Positions 10,245 through 18,590 of a DNA stretch of 64,000 nucleotides are shown in pieces. This DNA is from an uncultured virus (IMG/VR IMGVR_UViG_3300028833_000093) (lineage: Duplodnaviria > Heunggongvirae > Uroviricota > Caudoviricetes). The notes under the pieces are model-generated. The model was not told the origin of the DNA. It saw only the letters and a list, made by a program, of their open reading frames with translations, and ran no database searches. A program made the translations under genes and the position numbers. How positions within the stretch are numbered: the first letter of the stretch is position 1; each line of letters begins with the position of its first letter. Where the stretch lies: the IMG/VR virus record IMGVR_UViG_3300028833_000093. One strand, given 5' to 3'.

Positions 10245-10272
10245 GAGTGAGATTTTTCTTACTCACTTTTTT
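10155..10272 (+). ncRNA. putative structured small RNA: three bulged tri-loop hairpins plus terminator
   Basis: GCG...CGC changes to CCG...CGG in unit 2 (compensatory); followed by the GTGAGTGAGA...TCTTACTCAC hairpin and T6. Confidence 0.6.
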
Positions 10273-11026
10273 AATGTTTCAAAGAGAAGTGATAATATGC
10301 AGTTATTCTTTCACCACTACTCATAAAATATCTTCCATCAACTTGATATGGGCTTGTTAAACTACCGGATTTTTTATCAACCCCGCTTATTTGCCAAAGC
10401 ATATAATCAGATATCAGTTGTCCATCTCTTTTCACTGCTATACCTGCCCATCTATTGACAAAACTTGCATAGTTATTAGAAAAACTATCACCACACCATA
10501 CTTGATTACCAGTTCCTTCTGCGGTTCCTTTATTTTCATGAAAAAGAAAGCGCTGATATAAAAACTCATCTAACAACTCTTGCCATGTCACCTCATTTCC
10601 TTCTCGATTCTTGGGTAGTACTTCCCAGTAATCGTACAGTTCTGATGCAGCACTCTTCTCCTCTGCATAGACTTTGTACAGGTTTACATAGTTATATGGT
10701 TTAGGAATAATCCATCCACGTCTTTTCTTGACCAGTATTTTTACAGGTACTCCATGCTCATCAGTCTCACCTGTATAATGCCATGTAGGTGTAGCGGTAT
10801 TACGTGCGAACTGTAACTCATCAGTTTCAAGGATAGTACCTTTATAGCACTTGATATATAAATGAGCCTCGTCCGGTTCACCTTCTTCTTCAGTATAAAT
10901 CGTATCTACTTCAAGTTCACAAAACAACTGAGAACCTCCGCCACTCGGTTGAGAATGCTCATCTATATATTCTTTAATCAATCGGTCTCTGTAATCGAGT
11001 TGTTCTAAATCTACAATATTGTCCAT
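10271..11026 (-). CDS. hypothetical protein (paralog A): conserved N-terminal leader plus basic-patch domain
   Basis: N-terminus MDNIVDLEQLDYRDRLIKEYIDEHS nearly identical to that of 11152..11775; KKRRGW patch. Confidence 0.85.
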   Translation of the reverse strand: MDNIVDLEQLDYRDRLIKEYIDEHSQPSGGGSQLFCELEVDTIYTEEEGEPDEAHLYIKCYKGTILETDELQFARNTATPTWHYTGETDEHGVPVKILVKKRRGWIIPKPYNYVNLYKVYAEEKSAASELYDYWEVLPKNREGNEVTWQELLDEFLYQRFLFHENKGTAEGTGNQVWCGDSFSNNYASFVNRWAGIAVKRDGQLISDYMLWQISGVDKKSGSLTSPYQVDGRYFMSSGERITAYYHFSLKH

Positions 11027-11063
11027 TTTATATAATCTATTTTTGTATTTATTGTATATATAA

Positions 11064-11148
11064 GGGATTTAATCCCGGCTATGTGTGCCGATTTAATCGG
11101 ATACGCTATGCCAGCTCGTGGGTTGTTTAACACCTTCGAGCGTTTTTT
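11064..11148 (+). ncRNA. putative structured small RNA: three hairpins with UUA tri-loops, ending in a U-tract
   Basis: GGGAT-TTA-ATCCC; extended stem around CCGAT-TTA-ATCGG; GCTCG..GGTTGT-TTA-ACACC..CGAGC then GTTTTTT. G-U pairs favour the + strand; TTATTGTA at 11049. Confidence 0.6.
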
Positions 11149-11151
11149 ATT

Positions 11152-11775
11152 TTAATAGAGTTGTATTCTCCATTGTGATAAAGGTTCGCAATAGTCTGTT
11201 TGGAAACGAATATGTCCCGATACCGGTGTATCATTTTTTAGTACTATAATACCACCCCGTTTTTGTCGCATCATATCAGCAATTTCTACTCCTAGTATAT
11301 TATCGGCAAATCCTTGATTAATAAAGTCAAGCATATCATAATAATCACCTTCCCAATTACCTCCAATCTCATAATAATCATACCCATCTTTCGAAAAATT
11401 GGGTGTTGACTTATCTTTAAATCCAATTACGATAAGTGGTATTCTGTCTTTTGATGGTGCTTTCCATACCTGATGCAATCCTTTCCATTTATTCGCGCGC
11501 CCAGGTATCTCAGCACGTTTATTTCTCTGTCTGACTGTACCGCTACGCATATAAAGTAATGAATAATCGGTTATATCAGTACCTATAGGAAAACCAAGAT
11601 ATAAATGCTGTTCGTCCTGACCTGATGGCGAGACATCCTCGCGTTGTCGTGTTAAAACCATTCGTAAAGGCGAATAATCAGATGATCCGCCTCCTGAATG
11701 CGAATGCTCATCAATATATTCTTTTATGAGTTGGTCTCTATAATCGAGTTGTTCTAAATTTACTATATTTTCCAT
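11152..11775 (-). CDS. hypothetical protein (paralog B): conserved N-terminal leader plus basic-patch domain
   Basis: Start reassigned to MENIVNLEQLDYRD; shares DExHLY, LxY/FxR, YDYxE and RxxGIxV motifs with paralog A. Confidence 0.85.
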   Translation of the reverse strand: MENIVNLEQLDYRDQLIKEYIDEHSHSGGGSSDYSPLRMVLTRQREDVSPSGQDEQHLYLGFPIGTDITDYSLLYMRSGTVRQRNKRAEIPGRANKWKGLHQVWKAPSKDRIPLIVIGFKDKSTPNFSKDGYDYYEIGGNWEGDYYDMLDFINQGFADNILGVEIADMMRQKRGGIIVLKNDTPVSGHIRFQTDYCEPLSQWRIQLY

Positions 11776-11791
11776 ATTTTTATATTTGTAT

Positions 11792-14227
11792 TTATGCATT
11801 TTCTATTGTCCAACCAGAAGGTATACCATTCACTCCCGATGGCCATGATGCTGATGTGTCTTTCACAAACGTACCAGTACTTGCTATCTCCTTAACCCAA
11901 TTAGCTGTACTGTTATTCTGATTTATTCCATTAACAGCAAGACATTTGATGTAATTTAAACTTGTACACTTATAGAACATTTGTTGATAGCAACGATTTA
12001 CTAAGTTGATAGCATGAAGTATCGGAGCAGTAGTTAAGCTAATACAATTATAAAACATATAATTGTAACATGAAGATGCTAATGTAGTAGCGGGTAATTC
12101 ACGAACTGAAATTAAACCGGTACAATTCCAAAACATTTCACTATAACAATGATCTACTAATTCGGTTGCTGGTAGTTCAGGAGCTGAAGATAGACTAGTA
12201 CAGTCTTTAAACATGTCACTATAACAATATTTTGCTAATTCAGTAGCGGGCAGTTGAGGAGCAGTAACTAACGAGGAACATGCACTGAACATTCCACTAT
12301 AACAGCTATTTGCTAGTGTAGTAGCAGGGAGTGCAGGTGCTCCTGTAAGAGAGCTGCAACCAGCGAACATATAAGCATAGCAATAATCAGCTAATTCAGT
12401 AGCATGGAGTGCAGGTACTGTAGTCAAACTAGTACATCTGTAAAACATGTCACTATAACAATTTGTCGCTAGAACAGTAGCTGGTAGTTCTGGAGAATCC
12501 ATTAAATTATTACATGAACTAAAAAGACCAGTATAACCATAACAATATTCTGATAAGATGCTTGAGTATAATAATAGGTTTTGGGCATGCTGTAATTTTG
12601 TATAAACTCCTTCTTCGACAGCATTCCCAAATATTCCGCTAAATGCTGGTCTTATTATAGGTTCTCCTCCGGTATCTTCGTAAGATGGTTTTACAAACCA
12701 GCTAGATAAATCTTCTACTTTTCCTTCCGGACGAAGCAATGTGGTTATATCGCCAAACACATTCAATAGTGGTTCTTGTTCATAAACAAATCCTACCGTA
12801 TCTCGGTCACCATCAAAGTATTTATAAAATTGATTTCTATTATTTCCCCTAAAATAAATCTCAGAATGAATTTCTGACGGGGCTTCTGGCCAATATACTC
12901 CATCTTCTGAATGACTGTCTATAAGAGTTATCCAATTTATTTTATCATAAGAATATTCTATATTATAGCTATCTCCATCTACCTGGGTTGTTTGTTTTTC
13001 AACTCCTACAATGATGCTATAATCTGGGTTTTCTCCTACGAAAGAAAACCCAAGATATTTAATCTCATCATAATTATCAATCTCCCAATTGTATGGTATA
13101 CCACTAGGACCAGTACTGTAATCTACTGCTACTGGTTTAGAAAAAGTTCCTTCCTCAGCTACCCCTTGAAGCCAATTAGTAGTACAATTATCCGCTGATA
13201 TATCTACTGCACAACATTTGATGTAATTAAGATTCTCACAGCCTTGGAACATTTCACGATAACAACTAGGAGATAATATAGTTGCTATTAGCTCTGGAGC
13301 TGAGGTTAAACTACTACAACCAGCGAACATTTGAGCATAACAACTACTTGCCAATATTGTTGCTGGTAATTCGGGTGCTTCTGTAAGAGAGTTGCAGAAT
13401 ATAAACATTTCATAATAACACCAATGTGCTAATTTAGTTGCAGAAAGTTTTGGTGCCTTTGTAAGAGATCTGCACGAACTGAACATATTGCTGTAACAAT
13501 GATCTGATAACTGTTTCGCAGGCAATTCAACTGGTCCATCTATCAAATTATAACACTCTTCAAACATCCTGCTATAGCATGAAGGGGTTGTGTTAGATGG
13601 GAAAACCAACGCGGTTGCATCAGATATAGGAGTATAAGAGAATAATAATTCAAAGTTTGCTGTAAGAGGAAGAGTATCAGTGTGTCCTATTATATCAATT
13701 AGAGATGTTAGTTTCCCTGATAACAAAATGTCTTTATTGTCCCAGGAATCATTATCAAAGTCAAACCATCCGTGTTCATGAATATCTCCACTTGGATGAT
13801 ATCCAACTATTTTCAATTCATTCCCCGGTTGGATGGTATAAAACTCATTCAATTCTAGAGGGACTAACTCATCGTCATCAATGTAAAAGAAATGTGATTG
13901 AACTTCACTATCTTCACGGGATCTAAATTTGACTTTACAGTCTATAGATCCATGATTCGTGAAGGTTAAAGCATTCTGTTTAATCTCCTCTATGTCGTAG
14001 AAGATCTTTATAAAATGCAAATAATTATCTTCGCTTGATACCGGTTCTAATCCTTCTGCACCAGTGACAGGTACTAACTCATCAAACTTTACATCACCAT
14101 CCCATAACATCTTGATAATCTCATTCGGTACAGTCTCGTAGATTTCACCCGGTTTATATGTTTGTTCTTTATTATTTACCCAATCTCGAACGGCATCCAA
14201 TATATTTTTTATGGTTCCTTCTTTCAT
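11792..14227 (-). CDS. LRR-like repeat protein with two modules; putative fibre/adhesin
   Basis: Same 26-aa repeat and YIKC...GIPxxW caps. Confidence 0.85.
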   Translation of the reverse strand: MKEGTIKNILDAVRDWVNNKEQTYKPGEIYETVPNEIIKMLWDGDVKFDELVPVTGAEGLEPVSSEDNYLHFIKIFYDIEEIKQNALTFTNHGSIDCKVKFRSREDSEVQSHFFYIDDDELVPLELNEFYTIQPGNELKIVGYHPSGDIHEHGWFDFDNDSWDNKDILLSGKLTSLIDIIGHTDTLPLTANFELLFSYTPISDATALVFPSNTTPSCYSRMFEECYNLIDGPVELPAKQLSDHCYSNMFSSCRSLTKAPKLSATKLAHWCYYEMFIFCNSLTEAPELPATILASSCYAQMFAGCSSLTSAPELIATILSPSCYREMFQGCENLNYIKCCAVDISADNCTTNWLQGVAEEGTFSKPVAVDYSTGPSGIPYNWEIDNYDEIKYLGFSFVGENPDYSIIVGVEKQTTQVDGDSYNIEYSYDKINWITLIDSHSEDGVYWPEAPSEIHSEIYFRGNNRNQFYKYFDGDRDTVGFVYEQEPLLNVFGDITTLLRPEGKVEDLSSWFVKPSYEDTGGEPIIRPAFSGIFGNAVEEGVYTKLQHAQNLLLYSSILSEYCYGYTGLFSSCNNLMDSPELPATVLATNCYSDMFYRCTSLTTVPALHATELADYCYAYMFAGCSSLTGAPALPATTLANSCYSGMFSACSSLVTAPQLPATELAKYCYSDMFKDCTSLSSAPELPATELVDHCYSEMFWNCTGLISVRELPATTLASSCYNYMFYNCISLTTAPILHAINLVNRCYQQMFYKCTSLNYIKCLAVNGINQNNSTANWVKEIASTGTFVKDTSASWPSGVNGIPSGWTIENA

Positions 14228-14245
14228 AATATATTATTCTTTCTT

Positions 14246-14611
14246 TTATTCGTTATCAAATTCGCTCAATTCTTCATAGGCTTCTTCGTAAGAGACATAT
14301 TCAATATCTCCTCCACTGCCAATTTTCTTAATAGTACCGTCTCCTTGAATGACATATGCATCATAAATACCGGTTTCTTCATCATCTTCGCCAGTAGTCC
14401 CTGTTTTTACTCCGATAATTTGTCCCGCATAGGATTGTAAGTATAGATTACGTTCATCCGGAGTCCTCGCGCTGCCTTTCGCATAATTCTCCGCATCTTC
14501 GACACTTAAGAACAAAGCTGTGATGTCTAAAGGAAATGCATTGTTTCGTTTTGTTGCACCCGGTAATAGTACAGACGGTTTGAATGTATATTCGTCGTAT
14601 TCTTTTGCCAT
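14246..14611 (-). CDS. virion-associated adaptor-like protein; paralog of the N-terminus of 18567..20822
   Basis: About 95 shared residues, MAKxYxxYxFxPSVLLPG...YAGQIIGVK...IQGDGTxKKxG; late motif at 14639-14646. Confidence 0.8.
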   Translation of the reverse strand: MAKEYDEYTFKPSVLLPGATKRNNAFPLDITALFLSVEDAENYAKGSARTPDERNLYLQSYAGQIIGVKTGTTGEDDEETGIYDAYVIQGDGTIKKIGSGGDIEYVSYEEAYEELSEFDNE

Positions 14612-14873
14612 TGTTCAAAATAAATAATTACTTAATACAATAATAATCTGCTGACATGAAAAATGACACAAAAACATTGTGTCATTTTCTTGATTTTTAT
14701 CGTTTATATTAAAGAACCTTAATGATGTAGTTCAATGTAAAATATGGAATGTCAAAAAAGAACCTCATGGTTCTCTTTTTCTTAGGTTATATCGTAGTTC
14801 CAGATAGGATCTATTTGCTTGAATTTATACCCTTTACTGATATATAAGTTCTTAGTCTCTTCACTTAACAAAT

Positions 14874-14950
14874 CTATATTTCTAGCATATCTGCATCGAG
14901 TACATTCCATCCTAATGGTATACCACTTGATCCAGCGTTAGTATCATCAT
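14874..14950 (-). pseudogene. remnant of an LRR-module C-terminal cap
   Basis: Start-less frame translating as AGSSGIPLGWNVLD, matching the GIPxGW cap, inside a 400-bp intergenic gap. Confidence 0.4.
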
Positions 14951-14981
14951 ATTCAATAATAAGATAAAGAATATGATAAAT

Positions 14982-15010
14982 AAAGAGAGGAACTATTGAT
15001 CCTCTCTTTT
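14982..15010. terminator. intrinsic terminator
   Basis: AAAGAGAGGA-ACTATTGA-TCCTCTCTTT directly after the stop of 15010..15840. Confidence 0.7.
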
Positions 15011-15840
15011 TATGATTGTAGTGGTACGATTGTCCAGTTCGTTGGTATGCCTGATTCTCCTGATGACCATATAGATGAGTCTGGAGTCAAGAACGTACCT
15101 GTAGGAGATACTCCGCGTAGCCAATAAGTGGTAGAATTATTTACTCCTATTCCAGTGGAGGCAAGACATTTGATGTGATTGAGAGGGGTACAATTTTCAA
15201 ACATTCTATTGTAACATGCTGTGACTAATGAGTTTGCATTCAGATCAGGAGCATTTGTCAAAGATGAGCACCCCTCGAACATTGCTGCATAACAACCAAC
15301 GGCCAATGTTGTTGCAGGTAGTTCAGGCGCTGTTATTAGAGAACTACAACCTGAGAACATACTACCATAACAACTATATACAAGATTCATAGCTGGTAAT
15401 TCTGGTGCTGTTATTAGAGAACTACAACCTTCGAACATGTGATCTCCACAAAGTTCTTTTAACGGAGCATTTGGATTACTATAATTCCATAGATAATTGC
15501 AGTTACCAGATGCTGCGATTAAACCGGTCATTGTGAATCGGGTGTAATCAGTGGTAGTATTATTACCACTCAATACACCTCTAATATATACTTCATCATC
15601 TTGATCTAGATTAACAGTTACAGTAGTATCAAAAGTAGACCAATTGATTTTGTCTTGCGAATATTCTAAACTCTGATGAGAACTCAGTCTATTCAATCCA
15701 ATAGAACTACTATTTTGTAAAGCCTTAAATGTTACCCAAGGTTCAACAGGCCATACTTGTATATTACCCAAGTATGCTTTAGACACTTGAGTAGAACCAA
15801 GAAATATATTCGTTATACCGATATTTCCAATGTTTATCAT
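15010..15840 (-). CDS. LRR-like repeat protein, one module, with adaptor-binding N-terminus
   Basis: MINIGNIGITNIFLGSTQVSKAYLGNIQVWP followed by a repeat module. Confidence 0.85.
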   Translation of the reverse strand: MINIGNIGITNIFLGSTQVSKAYLGNIQVWPVEPWVTFKALQNSSSIGLNRLSSHQSLEYSQDKINWSTFDTTVTVNLDQDDEVYIRGVLSGNNTTTDYTRFTMTGLIAASGNCNYLWNYSNPNAPLKELCGDHMFEGCSSLITAPELPAMNLVYSCYGSMFSGCSSLITAPELPATTLAVGCYAAMFEGCSSLTNAPDLNANSLVTACYNRMFENCTPLNHIKCLASTGIGVNNSTTYWLRGVSPTGTFLTPDSSIWSSGESGIPTNWTIVPLQS

Positions 15841-16004
15841 TTAATGATATATAATATATTATCTGATTTTGTTGTTATTGCATCATACTCTGCCTGAGTT
15901 CCAGACCAGATAGTTTTAATAGTTTCAGATTCGACTTTTATTGCTACTTTATCATTCACCCAACGGCGAATACCGACAAGCATATTTTGTAAATTTCTAT
16001 TCAT
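15837..16004 (-). CDS. 55-aa fibre adaptor peptide (not in the ORF track)
   Basis: MNRNLQNMLVGIRRWVNDKVAIKVESETIKTIWSGTQAEYDAITTKSDNILYIIK; ATGA overlap with the next gene. Confidence 0.85.
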   Translation of the reverse strand: MNRNLQNMLVGIRRWVNDKVAIKVESETIKTIWSGTQAEYDAITTKSDNILYIIK

Positions 16005-16027
16005 AGTAAATTATTTTTTCATATTTT

Positions 16028-18370
16028 TTAAGTAGTTGGTATTGCTTGAATTCTTGAAGCATATGTTGACCAACCGGTTGTTGCTTTATATGTTTCTACA
16101 GATTCAGTTGGAACATATAGTGGACAGTTATTCGTATTGCTAAACATATAGCTTGCAACTCCACCAATCGTTGGTGGTGTTGTGCAATATAATGTAATAT
16201 AAGTTAATCCTGAGCAATCTTTGAATGCAGCATGATCTATAATCGTTACATTAGCAGGAATAATCACATGTGATAATGTGGTACATCCTTCAAATGTTTG
16301 TATATCTATTTTACTAACATCTGTACCTATTTCAACATATTCTAATGTTGAAAGATAAGGAGAAACACGTTCTGATTTTAATGTATTATATACATCTGCT
16401 TCTATCTCCACATCTGGATTACCATTATTCAAATGAAGTATTGTATGTGAAGGTGTTTCTGGAGAATTCAATATCTCAATTGTCTCTGCAGTAGTTATCA
16501 CAAAATCTGTTATATCAGCAATAACATGAGTGTGTGCAAAATCAGTAATCTCTGATTTAGTATGTGTGTGTCCAACATTGGATTTTCCATCTAATGCATT
16601 TTGTAATGCAATATCATCATAATGATTTACTACTGTCCAACCGGTCGGAATTCCTTCATAATAACTACTAGATGTACTCCAGTTTGTCATGTTTGCATCT
16701 TTTACAAATGTACCAGATGCTGCTACATTTTGTACCCAATATAATGTACAATATGTTGCAGATATATCAGTAGCAAGACATTTAATATAATTTAATGAAG
16801 TACAGCCCTTAAACATTTGATAGTAACACCGTTGTGCTAATGTTTTTGCTGGAAGTTCTGGAGCAGTAGTTAATGCAGTACAACCAAAAAACATACTACT
16901 ATAACATCCATATTCCAATGTAGTTGCAGGTAATATCGGGGTTTTTGTTAAAGCAATACAACCTTCAAACATACTATTATAACAATAAGTTGATAGTGTT
17001 TTTGCTGGAAGTTCTGGAGCAGTAGTTAATGCAGTACAACCTCGGAACATATTAGCATAGCATCTTTGTGCCAATATTGTTGCAGGTAATTCTGGTGCTG
17101 AAGTTAAACCGGTACATACATAGAACATACCTTCATAACAACTTTCTTTCATTATTGTTGCTGGTAACGCCGGTGCGGCAGTTAAACTGGTACATCCATT
17201 AAACATAGCACCATAACAACTCTTCGCTAATGTAGTTGCAGGAAGTTCGGGAGCAGCAGTTAAAGATGAACAGTTATGAAATGCTCGAATAAAACAATAA
17301 CTACATGGTATTGTATCAACTTCTTCTGTATAGTCAATGAGAGACATGATGTTTCCTGATGCAGCAATTATACCAGTAATCACAAATTCACTAAACATAC
17401 TATCCGACTTAGAAAAACCATTTGGATTCATACCCCTCATCAAAACGGTGTCATCAATATTGTTAAGTGTAATAGTCGAATAATCCCATATAGTCCATGT
17501 GCCCCCATTATTTGTACTAATTTCTATATTAGGAGCATTATCTCCAGTGTTAGTAATAGAAATTGTACTACCTGCTTGTTGAGCTGTAAAACAAAGTGGA
17601 GTAGGATAAATTTTATCTACTTTTTTATCAAGCAATGAATCAGTCTCAGTTTTTGTATAGTATTGAGACAAGTCAATACGTGTAGAACCAATTTTTTCCC
17701 ATTGACTGTTTACCCAAATATATTCGTCTTTAATGTCTTGAGAAGGATGTTGACGATATTCAAAAAATGCAGGGAATTCATCCACATCAATATAATCTTC
17801 TGTTGGTTCGGTTTGTTCGAATGTATAGATCTGTCCGATTATATCTCCGCCAACGCTTTCCGGAAGATCGTATATTCCATTTACCTGATAGAATGCATTT
17901 TGTTCATAGTCCTCTGTTGTAACTCCAAATAACTCTCCATCCAATTCAAGTTCTTCAAGATTGACTGCAGTAGCAAAAGTAAATTCTTCATCACTCTCTG
18001 GATCTGGATTTTCTCTAGTACATTTTATTACATCTCCGATAGAAAGTTTTGAACTGGGCTGAGGATTTGTCATATGTTGAGGATATGTCCCATCTGCATA
18101 AAGAATAGACATGTGTTCAATGCTTTCATCTAGTGCAGGTACTAAATAGATAGTGTTCTTTTTACCTCGTGATGGTAATTCATCTACTACCTGAATAGAA
18201 AAACCGAAGCGATTTACTAGCTCTACTATCTTTTGTGATGAGTATGTAGTATATAAACTCACATTCTCATCATCAATCACATCGGTCATTGCTTCTTTTA
18301 ACAGATTGAGCTTTTTCGCTAAGACTTTCGGAAAAGCAAGATCCACCTTATTGAAATCTATATCTATCAT
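16028..18370 (-). CDS. mosaic fibre protein with an LRR-like module, HTH-tripeptide fibre repeats and a C-terminal BspA-type LRR
   Basis: TTYSSQKI, VVDELP...TIYLV, EYIWVNSQWEKIG, HTHTKSEITDFAHTH, AFKDCSGLT...LYVPTESVETYK. Confidence 0.85.
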   Translation of the reverse strand: MIDIDFNKVDLAFPKVLAKKLNLLKEAMTDVIDDENVSLYTTYSSQKIVELVNRFGFSIQVVDELPSRGKKNTIYLVPALDESIEHMSILYADGTYPQHMTNPQPSSKLSIGDVIKCTRENPDPESDEEFTFATAVNLEELELDGELFGVTTEDYEQNAFYQVNGIYDLPESVGGDIIGQIYTFEQTEPTEDYIDVDEFPAFFEYRQHPSQDIKDEYIWVNSQWEKIGSTRIDLSQYYTKTETDSLLDKKVDKIYPTPLCFTAQQAGSTISITNTGDNAPNIEISTNNGGTWTIWDYSTITLNNIDDTVLMRGMNPNGFSKSDSMFSEFVITGIIAASGNIMSLIDYTEEVDTIPCSYCFIRAFHNCSSLTAAPELPATTLAKSCYGAMFNGCTSLTAAPALPATIMKESCYEGMFYVCTGLTSAPELPATILAQRCYANMFRGCTALTTAPELPAKTLSTYCYNSMFEGCIALTKTPILPATTLEYGCYSSMFFGCTALTTAPELPAKTLAQRCYYQMFKGCTSLNYIKCLATDISATYCTLYWVQNVAASGTFVKDANMTNWSTSSSYYEGIPTGWTVVNHYDDIALQNALDGKSNVGHTHTKSEITDFAHTHVIADITDFVITTAETIEILNSPETPSHTILHLNNGNPDVEIEADVYNTLKSERVSPYLSTLEYVEIGTDVSKIDIQTFEGCTTLSHVIIPANVTIIDHAAFKDCSGLTYITLYCTTPPTIGGVASYMFSNTNNCPLYVPTESVETYKATTGWSTYASRIQAIPTT

Positions 18371-18399
18371 TGTATATATGTGTGTATTTATGAATTTTC

Positions 18400-18542
18400 A
18401 AAAAAGCGTGACGGAGCTACCTGAATATCGAATTTTAACCCTTAGCACAGGGGGTTGGGCTGAAATAGTATTTAGTTATAACCACGAGATTATCGGGGTA
18501 ACCAAGGGCCGTAACATTATATATGCGCAACAACCCCGCCAC
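18400..18542 (-). ncRNA. putative ~140-nt structured RNA with long nested stems, downstream of gene 18567..20822
   Basis: On the minus strand CGTGGCGGGGTTGTT pairs with GGTAGCTCCGTCACG (15 bp, several G-U), AATGTT with GATATT, and GGCCCTTGGT with GCTAAGGGTT; ends in T6; GC-rich island in AT-rich DNA. Confidence 0.6.
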
Positions 18543-18556
18543 GTTTGTATCGTTAT

Positions 18557-18590
18557 TTTATTACTTTTACCAATTTATTACTTTTACCAA
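18557..18590. repeat. 17-bp perfect tandem duplication at the gene end
   Basis: TTTATTACTTTTACCAA x2. Confidence 0.9.

Noticed and set aside
10105..10326. 73-aa + strand ORF spanning the 30-bp repeats
   Set aside because: It overlaps both flanking genes, runs through a terminator, and starts upstream of the candidate promoter; RNA-level covariation explains the repeats better
4854..18370. Diversity-generating retroelement acting on the LRR genes
   Set aside because: No reverse transcriptase in the window; the near-identical tracts are all coding and their mismatches are not adenine-specific
10155..18542. Integron attC sites or known self-cleaving ribozymes as the explanation for the structured elements
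   Set aside because: No RYYYAAC/GTTRRRY box arrangement or integrase, and no hammerhead or twister core recognised by eye; a covariance-model search is still needed
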